Positions 39,746 to 50,375 of a DNA stretch of 64,000 bases are shown here, in pieces (within the stretch, counting starts at the first letter, position 1; each line of letters begins with the position of its first letter). Under the pieces are notes generated by a model that saw only the letters and a program-made list of their open reading frames with translations, was not told the DNA's origin and made no database searches. The stretch comes from an uncultured virus (IMG/VR IMGVR_UViG_3300027754_002682) (Duplodnaviria > Heunggongvirae > Uroviricota > Caudoviricetes): IMG/VR virus record IMGVR_UViG_3300027754_002682; one strand, given 5' to 3'. Made by a program: the position numbers and the translations under genes.

Positions 39746-41005
39746 TTAGAAGTCTAATTTAACTTTGATTGCAATCTCCTTATCAAATGATTTCTCAACT
39801 GGTTTAGAAGTTTTTGCTACTGCTAATAATTCATTTGCGTCATCGTATAAACCTACAGTTGTAATATAAACATGTGGGTCTTTTTCAAATAATGATTGTG
39901 CAAATGCACCTACTGACCCTGTTACAAATGTTGGATTATTTGAGAAGTTAAATTCTCTATTGTTTGCTCTTACAAAATAATGGGAAGTTGAAACATTTTC
40001 AGTTCTTCTTACTTGGAAATCTGAACCACTTGCCATTGCTTTTAATAATGCAATTGAACCAGATACCCCAACCGTTACTGAAGCTGATGTTGAATTATTA
40101 TGATATACATTTGCCATCGATGAACTTGCAGCCGATAAATTTGGATTAACTTTAGCGGCAAGTGCTGCTGGATTTAAAATCATAATACCCATATCAGGAT
40201 AAAATAATCCCCAACCTTGGCCATTTGAAGATGTATATGTATTAATTGATGCAGTTAATGCAGTACCAATATTTAATGAACCACTAACTAAATTATAAAC
40301 TCTACCTGATGTGGTTACGTTTTCATCTGTTCCGCCACTATCATCAATTAAAGTAACATTTCCTAACGAACCTACTAAATTTATTGAGATATTACCTGGG
40401 TCTAATCTTTCTTTGTATCTTGCTCTATTAATATTGATTGCGTAGAAATTTGTTAGGTCATGTGCAGCTGCAGTTGAAGCACTATATACACTAAAAAAAC
40501 TATCTGCGGAATCTAACAAAATATTCTTATACTGATTATAAGTTGCTTTTGTCGGTAATGTAGATGAGTCGGTTTGTGTTAAAGTGGGTGCACCATATCC
40601 ATTAACATCACCATATGCAATAGAGAATTGAACCTCTGCAGAATCGGATGATGTTAATTGATTATATACATCAATATAATATTTACCACTAACACTTGCA
40701 ATTTGTGCAGATGATGTATATGTTGCGTTTATATCCAATGAACCTGTATCACCACTCCATATTCCGGAAGTTACGATTTCTGTTCTATTTGTTACCTTGT
40801 CGATTGTTCCAAATTTTTTATAAATACCATTTGAAATAGTATTAATATCAGAACTGATTTGTTCACCTGTTCCTAAAAATTGGTTTACGATTCTAACTAA
40901 TTCGTTAGTATCTACTGGAGTGCCTGCGGTGTTTGCTGCACCTGCTAAGTATTGTGATAAATTACTTGCTAAAAGGCTTCCTCTATTGTCTCTAATTAAT
41001 GCCAT
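39746..41005 (-). CDS. Virion structural protein, paralogue of 38449..39672
   Basis: EFNFSNNP, YITTVGLYDDANELLAVAK...LDF. Confidence 0.65.
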   Translation of the reverse strand: MALIRDNRGSLLASNLSQYLAGAANTAGTPVDTNELVRIVNQFLGTGEQISSDINTISNGIYKKFGTIDKVTNRTEIVTSGIWSGDTGSLDINATYTSSAQIASVSGKYYIDVYNQLTSSDSAEVQFSIAYGDVNGYGAPTLTQTDSSTLPTKATYNQYKNILLDSADSFFSVYSASTAAAHDLTNFYAININRARYKERLDPGNISINLVGSLGNVTLIDDSGGTDENVTTSGRVYNLVSGSLNIGTALTASINTYTSSNGQGWGLFYPDMGIMILNPAALAAKVNPNLSAASSSMANVYHNNSTSASVTVGVSGSIALLKAMASGSDFQVRRTENVSTSHYFVRANNREFNFSNNPTFVTGSVGAFAQSLFEKDPHVYITTVGLYDDANELLAVAKTSKPVEKSFDKEIAIKVKLDF

Positions 41006-41014
41006 AGTTTTTTA

Positions 41015-41638
41015 TTATTGAACGTAAGTTACTGTGATTGGAATAGTTTGAGAACCACCTGTCTCATTACCATAAACCGTTAATGTTGTTCTAATTGTTG
41101 ACGTTAATGATGGGTTTGGAATAAATTTAAATGATATTCCCTTTGCTACTACTGCAGTTGCCGATACATCATCACCAATAAACATAGGAACCGAACCAAT
41201 GTCAGATGTTACTCCTTCACCGATAATATCACCCGCGTTTTTGTTAGATAATACAATAGTATATCCCATACTTCTATTTCCAGCTGGAGATGTTGTTGGT
41301 GATAATGCAACCTCACCACTTTTTTGATTAACCGAAATATTAGGAACACCAAATTCAACAACAGGAATTCTAGTTGTATTTTTTGGAAGAGTTACTAATT
41401 TGTATTTCATTACTTGAGTTTCATCAGGATTGGCTTCTAATACAGGCATGTTCTTAATTGCTGTATCATAATATGCTGAACCTAATGGATGTGCCGGCTC
41501 ATATAAAGAGTAATCAATCTCATCATCTGCTAATGCAAATTGAGTAATGTTTAATCCTTGACCTGCAGCTAACTTTTCTCTACCTTTTTTGGTAAGAATT
41601 GCATCTACTGTTAATTCTGTGTTACTTAAATATCCCAT
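41015..41638 (-). CDS. Virion structural protein (baseplate-associated)
   Basis: VDAILTKKGRE...ITQFALADDEIDY; context. Confidence 0.65.
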   Translation of the reverse strand: MGYLSNTELTVDAILTKKGREKLAAGQGLNITQFALADDEIDYSLYEPAHPLGSAYYDTAIKNMPVLEANPDETQVMKYKLVTLPKNTTRIPVVEFGVPNISVNQKSGEVALSPTTSPAGNRSMGYTIVLSNKNAGDIIGEGVTSDIGSVPMFIGDDVSATAVVAKGISFKFIPNPSLTSTIRTTLTVYGNETGGSQTIPITVTYVQ

Positions 41639-41686
41639 AGTGTTGTATTATCGTTTGATATAAATATAATTATTTTTTAAATTTAG

Positions 41687-44600
41687 TTATTCTACTTCTA
41701 AAATTGGTTCTGCTGTATTTCTACCTGTTTTATTTACAGTTAATGTATTTGGATTAGATATAAATGTTTCAATTGGAGAACTTCCGTCTAAAGTAGTTGC
41801 TGCTGTATTTTTTGAACCTCTAAAGAATGAATTTTCTAATCCTCTCGTCAAATCAGATGTATTTCTATAATGTGTTGGTAAATATCCGCTCAAATGTGTT
41901 ACTTCTACAATACTTCCTGTTCCTGCGTTTATTACTTTTGAACCTGAATATGGTTGAATATTTAATTTGCTTTCATAATAAATAGATGATGTTAATTCTG
42001 TTCCACCTCTTGGGTCACCCTTACCATTTATAACTACTTTATATTTAACCACATCTCTTTGCTTTTGTTCCTTAACTAAATCCACTCTAATTCTTTCTTT
42101 AACTCGTCTACCATTTTTATCAAAATAAGTTCTAATCGCATGTCCGTTTTCTGCATAAATACCAAATCCAATTGTTTCATAATCACTTTGTCCCACTATT
42201 GTATTTATATCATATATGTCAATTTCTGTTAATATAGTTGGTAAATCCAAACCAGTATCTATTGTAACATCTCTTTGATATGATTCTGCGTTTATACTTT
42301 GTAGTGATGCCGTATAAATTTCTACATCATATTGATAATTTTCTCCAATTATACTATCTAATGATGCCGTATAAATCTCTGCATAATATTGATTATTTTC
42401 TCCACTTATATTTTCGGATAAATTTGCATCTAAAATTGTTTCTAATTGGTCGTTTATTCCTGTTAATATTGTTGTATCACTATAATGAATTTCTACCTCT
42501 TGTTGATATTCATCTCCGGTTGGTTTTGTTCTTGCAACCTTACTTCTCTCTAAAATATGTGGTTCAATCAATAAACCGGTAGTTGCTTTAACTCTTGCAG
42601 GTAACATTTTCTTAATATCTTCAAACATAGATTTCTCATATAGTTTGATTAAGTTAATGTATGCGTAAATATCTCTATTGTCAAATCTTTTAAAATAATA
42701 ATTTCTTAAATTATCTAATGATTTGTAATTTGGTTTATAATCGTCCGATGGGTCACCAATATAGTTATCCAAATTGATTCCACCAAATGATTTAGCAATA
42801 TCAATGTTTAATTCTTTTGTTGGTGAGAAAAATAATCCCACTCTATTAGAATCTACCGGTGATTGGTCGAATGCTTTTTTAGTTGCTCTAGTTTTAACAG
42901 ACAAATCAATTCCACCACTTACATCATTACTCTCAAAATCTGTTTGTGTTTCAAATCTAACTTTGTTTGTAGAATATCGTGTAGAACCCATATCTGGTAT
43001 TTCTAAAACAACACTTCTATCTATTGCTTCAAATTGATATGGATATGTTGTTATTGAATTTGGAAAATATGCCGATGCTGATAATAGTGCTGATGGGTTT
43101 TCTGACAATAATATTGAACCTGATGTAATTGTTATATTTCCACCTTCTAATTCGTTTCTTGTTACACTTGCACTAAAATATATATTTGTATCAACATTTA
43201 TTAAAGAAGATGTTAATGCTAAGTTTTTAGGATATTCAAAATCTAAACGGAAATATAAATCTGCAGTTGAAGATGAAATACTATTACCATTTATCATTTC
43301 AGGAAAAGAAACGTGTTCGTAAAATCTATCCGTATCTAATACCTCCGACCACAAACGGAACTCATCGATACTACCACTATAATATCCACCCAATCTAATT
43401 CTAGACCCGGTATTCCAATTACTACTAGATACAGATGCGGATATTGATTCTTCAAATATTGTTCTTTCTTTATTTGCCTGTCTTACATCTAATTTTAATC
43501 CATTAGAACCACTACTTACCGATAAACCAAAAAATCTATCATTAAATATTGGTAATAAAGATGTAGACATTGAAATTGAACCCGAATAATTGAATATTAC
43601 TTTACCATATTGACTATCTGTTGAGCCACTTAATTTTACATTCCAATTACTACCCGATATTATTGTTGAACCCGAAATATTAATTGGGTTTAAGAATAAT
43701 TCAATTGTATTTGGTTTTCTAACTTTATCCGTAGTTTTCCAATCCATTTCTAAATAAGAACCACTTATCATTTTTAATGCAGTAGTTACATTATCATAAA
43801 CTAATTTACTTTTAGATGTTTCAGTTACTTCTGGCCCACCAAACTCTAAAATTGAAAGATTTGATGATGGAATACCATAACAACTCATTAAAGCGTATAT
43901 ACCTCTTCTAGTTCCTTTGTGTTTTAATAGATAAGGTAAGTTATTTATAATTCTTCTCCATACCTCATATGTTCTTTGTTTTGCCGGATTTGTTTCTTTT
44001 GTATTACCATTTATATCTTCACCGAATACATAACTCCACAATTGTTCATCTGCAGCTAAATTTTTTGCATCCCAATTGAATGATTTTAAAACATCGAATA
44101 ATAATTTATCAGATATACCATCTTTTGATTTGTATCCTAAGTTTCTGGTTTTTTCTATTGATTTTGTATAAAAATATATGTTGTCAAAATGTTGACCTAT
44201 CATAGTAAAGAAAAGAATTAAACTATCATTTTCTGCATTATTTCTTATGTATTGTGGAATATTATTTAATACATAGTTTGTATTTTCGATATCATAATCT
44301 TCTGCTAATGTAATAATATTAGTATACCAATTTTGAACATTGGTATTGGTACTTATCAATCTAGTTGTATTATTATACGGCCAAGTTATAGACCCACTAT
44401 TATTGGATGTATATGAAGATGATGTATATAAGAATTTTTCAAAACCATCAAACCCTTGTAGTAATTGATTTTTTTTGATTTGCTGTCTTTCCGTTTCTTG
44501 TGTAGATGATATGGTCTGTGTTGGTGCGTTTGATGCTGATATTAATTCTTCATATTTTTCTATTAATTGTACTTTGTATATAAAATTATCAACTCTTTCC

Positions 44601-46477
44601 TTTGCAGAACTGAAATGTACAAAATTGGCCCACATATAATCCGTTGAACCACTAACATAATATTCAATGTTTAAACCATCAGTATTAACTAAAGATGAAC
44701 TTAAATATGATGAAATTAATTGAGTAGAACTCGAAACTGAACCACTTAGTATCAAAGTATCTAATGATTCAAAATTGGTCGATTGTCCTTTTACAAAATC
44801 AACTTCAATATCAAAATTGGGCCCCTTTAACGGAGGACATTTTAAATTATCTTGTTGATTTAAAATAATAGTTTCAATCAGAGGATTTGTCATCAACTTT
44901 GTAATCCAAAAAGTTGAATTACTTGTGACATTTGCAGGAAGTGGATTATATAATTTTAATATTATAGATTCAACTTTATCATCGGGTTTAACTATTTCAT
45001 TACCCAATTCATCCGTAGATTTTTTAGATAAAGTGTAATCGTCTTTTTCCCAAGAAGATATTATAATTTGTTCATCGTTCCCAAAATTAACAAGATGTGT
45101 TAAATGTTTACTTTCCTTTTCAGGTTCGTCAATATGGAAGTTTTTTAAGAATGCTTCGAATATTGATGTTTTAATAATATCTTCATCTATTTGTAATACT
45201 GGATATGTTAATGAAGTTTTTATTTCATATTCATTTCCAACCAATTCTTCGACACCACTTCTATTATAGGGTTTGAATATTAAAGTTATATTATCGTTAC
45301 CATTCCATTGTGAATATCTTTTAGCTAAATCTTTTAAAGATATTTTAAAAGAACCATTTGGTGTTAAATTTTCAAATATACCTACTTTGGTTTTATCTTT
45401 TAAAACTAAAAAGACATCAATAGAACTAGCTGCAAATGACGAATACTTTACATTATATTCAATATTTAAATCAGAATATGCCGGAATATCAATCACATCT
45501 ACATATTCAATTTCAGTAATAGATGGGAAATCATTAACTGCAATAAAATTAATAGTAATTTCAACTTTATCACCCGTTCCATATAAATCACTAAATGGTA
45601 CTGCTATTACTTTTTTATTACCATATATTCCGTCAAAATTATTTAAAAAAGATAGTGCACAATTACCTCTACCCGATTCTACTCTAATCGTTTTTGTTTC
45701 TGATAAATAAAAATCAATATAGTCACAATCACTTTGTAAGAAATCAACATTAACAATAACATCTGTATCGGAATCTTTAATTTGTTTACTATATTTGGTT
45801 GTACTTAAAAATATAGTAGGTTTAGGTGAACTAATTACTTTTTCAACAATAACAGCAACTGCAATACCACCTGTTAATAATTCTTTTGCAGGAACTCCTA
45901 TGAAATCTGTACCAACACTCCATTTAGTATAATCGGTTTGATTTTTTTCAGCATTTGTTTTATTTGTATAATATATTTTTTTTATATTATAATTAGATGG
46001 TAATGTATTCTTTAAATAAATGTTTAAAATTCCATTTACTAATATAGATTTATTAGATTTTAAACCATCGGTATTAGATGCTGATAATTTTAAATTACCA
46101 GAAGTTGTTGTTCCTCCTGAAATTAATTCATAATTTATATTTACAAAATCACCTATTTCATTTTGTAAATTAGAAGTAATTGATAATTCATAATTTATAG
46201 CGGGGTCAGGTATTACATCAATATTTGGAGTAGGGTTTTCAGGTGTTGGTTTAATTATATCAATAATAGGTACTTCTAATTCAGGTGTATAAATTAAATC
46301 ATCCATAGGTGGATTTAATGGTGCAGTATAATATGTTCCACCACCACCTCCACCCCCCAAATAAACATCATTATTATTTAAAAAACTTAAATTGGTTTGG
46401 TCTTCGTTAGTAGTAGGCCCTATTGGCCCATCTATATCTACATTTTGTTTATATTGTCTATTGTATCTTATTGACAT
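41687..46477 (-). CDS. Large baseplate-associated protein with LamG-like domain
   Basis: LLKHKGTRRGI (wedge/tail-protein-I-like), YSGSIDEFRLW (LamG-like), 19-aa repeats near C-terminus. Confidence 0.65.
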   Translation of the reverse strand: MSIRYNRQYKQNVDIDGPIGPTTNEDQTNLSFLNNNDVYLGGGGGGGTYYTAPLNPPMDDLIYTPELEVPIIDIIKPTPENPTPNIDVIPDPAINYELSITSNLQNEIGDFVNINYELISGGTTTSGNLKLSASNTDGLKSNKSILVNGILNIYLKNTLPSNYNIKKIYYTNKTNAEKNQTDYTKWSVGTDFIGVPAKELLTGGIAVAVIVEKVISSPKPTIFLSTTKYSKQIKDSDTDVIVNVDFLQSDCDYIDFYLSETKTIRVESGRGNCALSFLNNFDGIYGNKKVIAVPFSDLYGTGDKVEITINFIAVNDFPSITEIEYVDVIDIPAYSDLNIEYNVKYSSFAASSIDVFLVLKDKTKVGIFENLTPNGSFKISLKDLAKRYSQWNGNDNITLIFKPYNRSGVEELVGNEYEIKTSLTYPVLQIDEDIIKTSIFEAFLKNFHIDEPEKESKHLTHLVNFGNDEQIIISSWEKDDYTLSKKSTDELGNEIVKPDDKVESIILKLYNPLPANVTSNSTFWITKLMTNPLIETIILNQQDNLKCPPLKGPNFDIEVDFVKGQSTNFESLDTLILSGSVSSSTQLISSYLSSSLVNTDGLNIEYYVSGSTDYMWANFVHFSSAKERVDNFIYKVQLIEKYEELISASNAPTQTISSTQETERQQIKKNQLLQGFDGFEKFLYTSSSYTSNNSGSITWPYNNTTRLISTNTNVQNWYTNIITLAEDYDIENTNYVLNNIPQYIRNNAENDSLILFFTMIGQHFDNIYFYTKSIEKTRNLGYKSKDGISDKLLFDVLKSFNWDAKNLAADEQLWSYVFGEDINGNTKETNPAKQRTYEVWRRIINNLPYLLKHKGTRRGIYALMSCYGIPSSNLSILEFGGPEVTETSKSKLVYDNVTTALKMISGSYLEMDWKTTDKVRKPNTIELFLNPINISGSTIISGSNWNVKLSGSTDSQYGKVIFNYSGSISMSTSLLPIFNDRFFGLSVSSGSNGLKLDVRQANKERTIFEESISASVSSSNWNTGSRIRLGGYYSGSIDEFRLWSEVLDTDRFYEHVSFPEMINGNSISSSTADLYFRLDFEYPKNLALTSSLINVDTNIYFSASVTRNELEGGNITITSGSILLSENPSALLSASAYFPNSITTYPYQFEAIDRSVVLEIPDMGSTRYSTNKVRFETQTDFESNDVSGGIDLSVKTRATKKAFDQSPVDSNRVGLFFSPTKELNIDIAKSFGGINLDNYIGDPSDDYKPNYKSLDNLRNYYFKRFDNRDIYAYINLIKLYEKSMFEDIKKMLPARVKATTGLLIEPHILERSKVARTKPTGDEYQQEVEIHYSDTTILTGINDQLETILDANLSENISGENNQYYAEIYTASLDSIIGENYQYDVEIYTASLQSINAESYQRDVTIDTGLDLPTILTEIDIYDINTIVGQSDYETIGFGIYAENGHAIRTYFDKNGRRVKERIRVDLVKEQKQRDVVKYKVVINGKGDPRGGTELTSSIYYESKLNIQPYSGSKVINAGTGSIVEVTHLSGYLPTHYRNTSDLTRGLENSFFRGSKNTAATTLDGSSPIETFISNPNTLTVNKTGRNTAEPILEVE

Positions 46478-46499
46478 CTATTATTTTTTATAAATATTT

Positions 46500-47840
46500 C
46501 TATTTTTGATAATCTTGATAAAGTGGTTTATCTACTCTACCATTATTATAGTCACCTGGAATTATAGGAGTATATTCTCTACTACCACCCGACCTCATAT
46601 TTCCTCCTCCGGTTCCACCACTAGAAGGAGGGGTTGGTTCCACATATCCACAAGTTGGTGAATTTGTTTGAATTAATTGTTCAACACTACCACCATTACC
46701 ATTCGCATATAAACCATATTGGTCATATCCCTTACACATTGTTGAAAGTAGTGTACCAGCAGTAGGATATGAAGGTACTGGTACAGGTATTGGATTATCT
46801 ACAACATTTGTTGCAACATCATTAAATATATTTACAGTACTATCTGGAGAATAAACATTTCTTTTTGTTTGTGTAAATGTATTAAATGAATTTAAATTAT
46901 TTTGAATTTGTTTTTGCAATTCTGTTACTGCAAATTCTTTAGGTAAAGTTTTTAAATTCAATTCTCTTCTTTTTAAAGATTTTAAATTAAAATTGATACA
47001 ATTTGACAAAATATCTTGTATTACGGATATTATATTAGTAAAATCATAAACTTCACAATCTTCAAATCTTATTTCCGATTGTTTGCCAAAAGTAGATTCT
47101 GATATTTTATAATATTTGTTATTTAAATAATAATCAACCGATTGTTTAAAGTCGTTGGATATTTTATCTCTTATAATATTAAAATTATTTAATCCAAAAT
47201 CTTTTTTAAGAACATTAAAAAAATCTTTACCATATTTTGTTTCTAAATGAGAATTTATTTTATCTAAAAATACATTATCAAAAGAATTTAAAGAATTTAA
47301 TAAAGCTTTCTTATAATATTTAAAATCTTTATTTAAATTTTGTAAATTTCTAAATTGTGTTTTTGTTTTATCATTAATATTTGGAAATTTTGTTTTAAGT
47401 GGGACAATACGAATTTCTTCTCTTGATGGGGAGATTTCTTCAATCCAAACCCTTTCCAATGTATCTTCACTTCCGACTTTATATCTAACAAAGTTAATAT
47501 TAACTTTAATGATACCATTTATATAACCCAAATCATTTATTAATTTTTCAATATCAATTGCAAGTTCTTTTAAACCACTTTTGTTTGTTATTTGGTACAT
47601 ATAATTTTTAATATCATCCATTTTAATATATGCAACATTATTTCCTGTTGATTGTGGTAATATATTATTATTAGTATCATAGAGTGTTACTTCCATAACA
47701 TCATATTTACAATCACCAAAATCAGTAGTATCTATTTCCGTTTTTGAAACAATAAATAAATCATCCGATTGAAGAAATTGTCCTTCATTTGAAGATTTAT
47801 TATCAATATTTTCAATATTTGTATATTTCTTAATGCTCAT
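46500..47840 (-). CDS. Putative virion structural protein
   Basis: IEEISPSREEIRI motif; baseplate operon. Confidence 0.55.
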   Translation of the reverse strand: MSIKKYTNIENIDNKSSNEGQFLQSDDLFIVSKTEIDTTDFGDCKYDVMEVTLYDTNNNILPQSTGNNVAYIKMDDIKNYMYQITNKSGLKELAIDIEKLINDLGYINGIIKVNINFVRYKVGSEDTLERVWIEEISPSREEIRIVPLKTKFPNINDKTKTQFRNLQNLNKDFKYYKKALLNSLNSFDNVFLDKINSHLETKYGKDFFNVLKKDFGLNNFNIIRDKISNDFKQSVDYYLNNKYYKISESTFGKQSEIRFEDCEVYDFTNIISVIQDILSNCINFNLKSLKRRELNLKTLPKEFAVTELQKQIQNNLNSFNTFTQTKRNVYSPDSTVNIFNDVATNVVDNPIPVPVPSYPTAGTLLSTMCKGYDQYGLYANGNGGSVEQLIQTNSPTCGYVEPTPPSSGGTGGGNMRSGGSREYTPIIPGDYNNGRVDKPLYQDYQK

Positions 47841-47850
47841 AAATTAAATA

Positions 47851-48996
47851 TTAAAATGAATCAGGATGTGCTTTAGTAAATCCTGTATCATATATCTTAT
47901 CTTTAGTAATTCCGTCTGATTTTTTAACTTCTATTTTCATAGTTCCCCCTTTATAATCGCTCGTTCCTGACCAACCTATAAATTTCTTTTTACTATCTAC
48001 ACCACCCCTTCCGCCAGCTGGTTTTTCGTTTATAGTAAGTTTAATTTGTTTTTGTTCTCCTGTGGGTAATGTAATTGTAGTCTGTTCTGCACCAATAATT
48101 GCCATATTTTGTATTGGTGTAAATGTGATATTAATTGTAATTGGATTTTTATCATTATTTGTAAAATCAATATAATCACCATTAGTCCATTTATTACCAC
48201 CATTTGCGTTTATTTTAGCCCATACTTTTGATTTAGCTGGTTCTGTTTTTTCTTTTATTTTAACAATACAAACTTCATTAATTATATCTGCACCTGATGC
48301 CATAGCTTGTGCCTGGGTACCTTGTTGAATTGCTTGTTGTTGTTGAACTGCACCCAATTGAGCCTGTAAACCTTCTATTATTGAATTTAAAGAATCAATT
48401 TGTTTTATCAATGCTTTAATTTGTGCTTGGAATCCGGTGTTTTGAGATTGTAAAGATGCTCTCAATATAGATTCATCAACTGACTTTTGTAATGATATTG
48501 ATATTTGACCGGCAAAATCACCAATTGTATTAGTCAATGTATCTATTTGATTTGCCAATACATCATTTGTTTGTTCAATACTTAATCTATTATTTATTTC
48601 CGTTTGAACTTGTGATTGTAATGTTGTTACTTGAGTATTTAAATTATCAATTGTTAATGTTAATCTTTGTACTTGTTTTCTCAAATCTTCAACCAAATTA
48701 ACCTGTTCAGTATATAGTGGTCTTGGAACTAAATCTAAATTTGGTGTAGGTATATTTGGTTTTAATTCTTTTATATCTACATCTATTGCTTTAATAAGTT
48801 CAACCTCATCATATTTTGGTTTACTTAAATTTTTAAAAACTAAGGAGCTTGCAACATCCGTATTATCAACAATTGTAACACCATATTCATTTTTAGTATT
48901 AACGGCAGAACCTGATATACTTAAAATACTTTCTAAGTCACTTTGTCTTTTGGTTACTAATTTTTCAGATATTGCTTCTAAAGATGTTAACGCCAT
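47851..48996 (-). CDS. Coiled-coil putative structural protein
   Basis: Long Gln/Leu heptad region plus beta-rich C-terminus. Confidence 0.55.
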   Translation of the reverse strand: MALTSLEAISEKLVTKRQSDLESILSISGSAVNTKNEYGVTIVDNTDVASSLVFKNLSKPKYDEVELIKAIDVDIKELKPNIPTPNLDLVPRPLYTEQVNLVEDLRKQVQRLTLTIDNLNTQVTTLQSQVQTEINNRLSIEQTNDVLANQIDTLTNTIGDFAGQISISLQKSVDESILRASLQSQNTGFQAQIKALIKQIDSLNSIIEGLQAQLGAVQQQQAIQQGTQAQAMASGADIINEVCIVKIKEKTEPAKSKVWAKINANGGNKWTNGDYIDFTNNDKNPITINITFTPIQNMAIIGAEQTTITLPTGEQKQIKLTINEKPAGGRGGVDSKKKFIGWSGTSDYKGGTMKIEVKKSDGITKDKIYDTGFTKAHPDSF

Positions 48997-50375
48997 TATT
49001 CTATTATTTTAAATGTCAATTTATCATCTATTATATCGGTAATTCCGTTTTGTACTATTTTAATCTTTAATCTATAAACTCTATCCGCTGCATATGTTGA
49101 TGTATCTAAATTGAAATAATTGGATGTACTATCACAACTTAATTTAGAATAATCACCAAATGGAACTATTGTTTCGTTTGTTATATAATCTTCAATTTGA
49201 TAATATGTTGAACCCGATGGTAAATAGTTTGGTTGGTCGTACCCAAATGTTGTTCCAAATGTTTTTAGTGGAAACATATCTCTACCTTTGACTCTTATTT
49301 TAACTTTAGTATTTTTACTATATTGATTTTTTAAATTAGTAACTACAACCTTATAATCATCACTTGCAGAACCTGTTACCGGTGTTAAACTTCCTGTTGT
49401 AAATAAACTATCGTCCCAAACTAATTCTAATTTAGGTTCGTATATTGTATTTGTTTCCTTTGAAAAGAATTTTAATACACCATAATCAATACCATCATTG
49501 GCTACACTAATTGATGCAGATGGGTGGTGATGTAATATAAATCCATTATTCGGTAAAGAACCACTAACCCATATTCTAACTAAATCCGTTACATCCATTC
49601 TAATATCATCTGGTTCATTACTAAATGATTGTGATGCCATTGATGCACTATACCAAATACCACCGCCTGAACTATATATTGAACCAATTGAACCACTTTG
49701 TGCACCTTGTGTTTTAACCGGATAATCTGTATATTGTAATTCACCAAATACATTAGTCCATTTTTTTGCATTACTACCATCCATATAATACCAAGTAACC
49801 CCATCATATGTTACATTATCAAATTTTGTTCCCGTTCCCATTACCCAACTTCCAGATACTGCATTTGCATAAATTGTATATTCTAAAGGTATTTCTTCTG
49901 AGTTTGCTGATTTTAAATTTAAGTATGTTTTATAATTAAATACATATTCTCCGTTTGAAATATCCAATGCCAACGATGCCGACTCTAAATTATATGAAGC
50001 GGATACCACCAAAGATTGTGTTACATAATTATTCCAAGATGCAGAATATGATGATGATAAACTACTGGTAATTGATAAACTAGTACTATATGATGATGAC
50101 CAATGTAATGATGATGATACTGCCGTATACCACGAAGATGATATTGTAGAAACGGATGCACTATTTGAATTTAATAAACTATTCAACGATGCGGATTCTT
50201 CCAAAACAACTTTGGAAACCTGTGTGATTGGAAATTTAATTAAAGTTCTAGCTATATCCATAGTAGAACCATAATAAAGTTTACCCACTTCTAATATCTC
50301 ATCCCTACCTGTGTTTTGCTCAGGTTGTTGAAGATATATACTTGCGTCAAATGATGATGTGAAAAATTTATGCAT
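48996..50375 (-). CDS. Putative virion structural protein with Ser-rich insert
   Basis: DASIY...NTGRDEILEV...RTLIKF; NNGFIL...FFSKET...PKLE (DNRLRE-like); TAATG-coupled to wedge gene. Confidence 0.6.
   Translation of the reverse strand: MHKFFTSSFDASIYLQQPEQNTGRDEILEVGKLYYGSTMDIARTLIKFPITQVSKVVLEESASLNSLLNSNSASVSTISSSWYTAVSSSLHWSSSYSTSLSITSSLSSSYSASWNNYVTQSLVVSASYNLESASLALDISNGEYVFNYKTYLNLKSANSEEIPLEYTIYANAVSGSWVMGTGTKFDNVTYDGVTWYYMDGSNAKKWTNVFGELQYTDYPVKTQGAQSGSIGSIYSSGGGIWYSASMASQSFSNEPDDIRMDVTDLVRIWVSGSLPNNGFILHHHPSASISVANDGIDYGVLKFFSKETNTIYEPKLELVWDDSLFTTGSLTPVTGSASDDYKVVVTNLKNQYSKNTKVKIRVKGRDMFPLKTFGTTFGYDQPNYLPSGSTYYQIEDYITNETIVPFGDYSKLSCDSTSNYFNLDTSTYAADRVYRLKIKIVQNGITDIIDDKLTFKIIE

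Noticed and set aside
42260..42500. 57-bp repeats in the 1596-aa gene as a DGR template/variable repeat
   Set aside because: In-frame tandem 19-aa protein repeats, and no reverse transcriptase in the window
81..46497. T4 late promoter TATAAATA read on the plus strand
   Set aside because: It would point away from the adjacent genes; treated instead as coding-strand ATATTTAT
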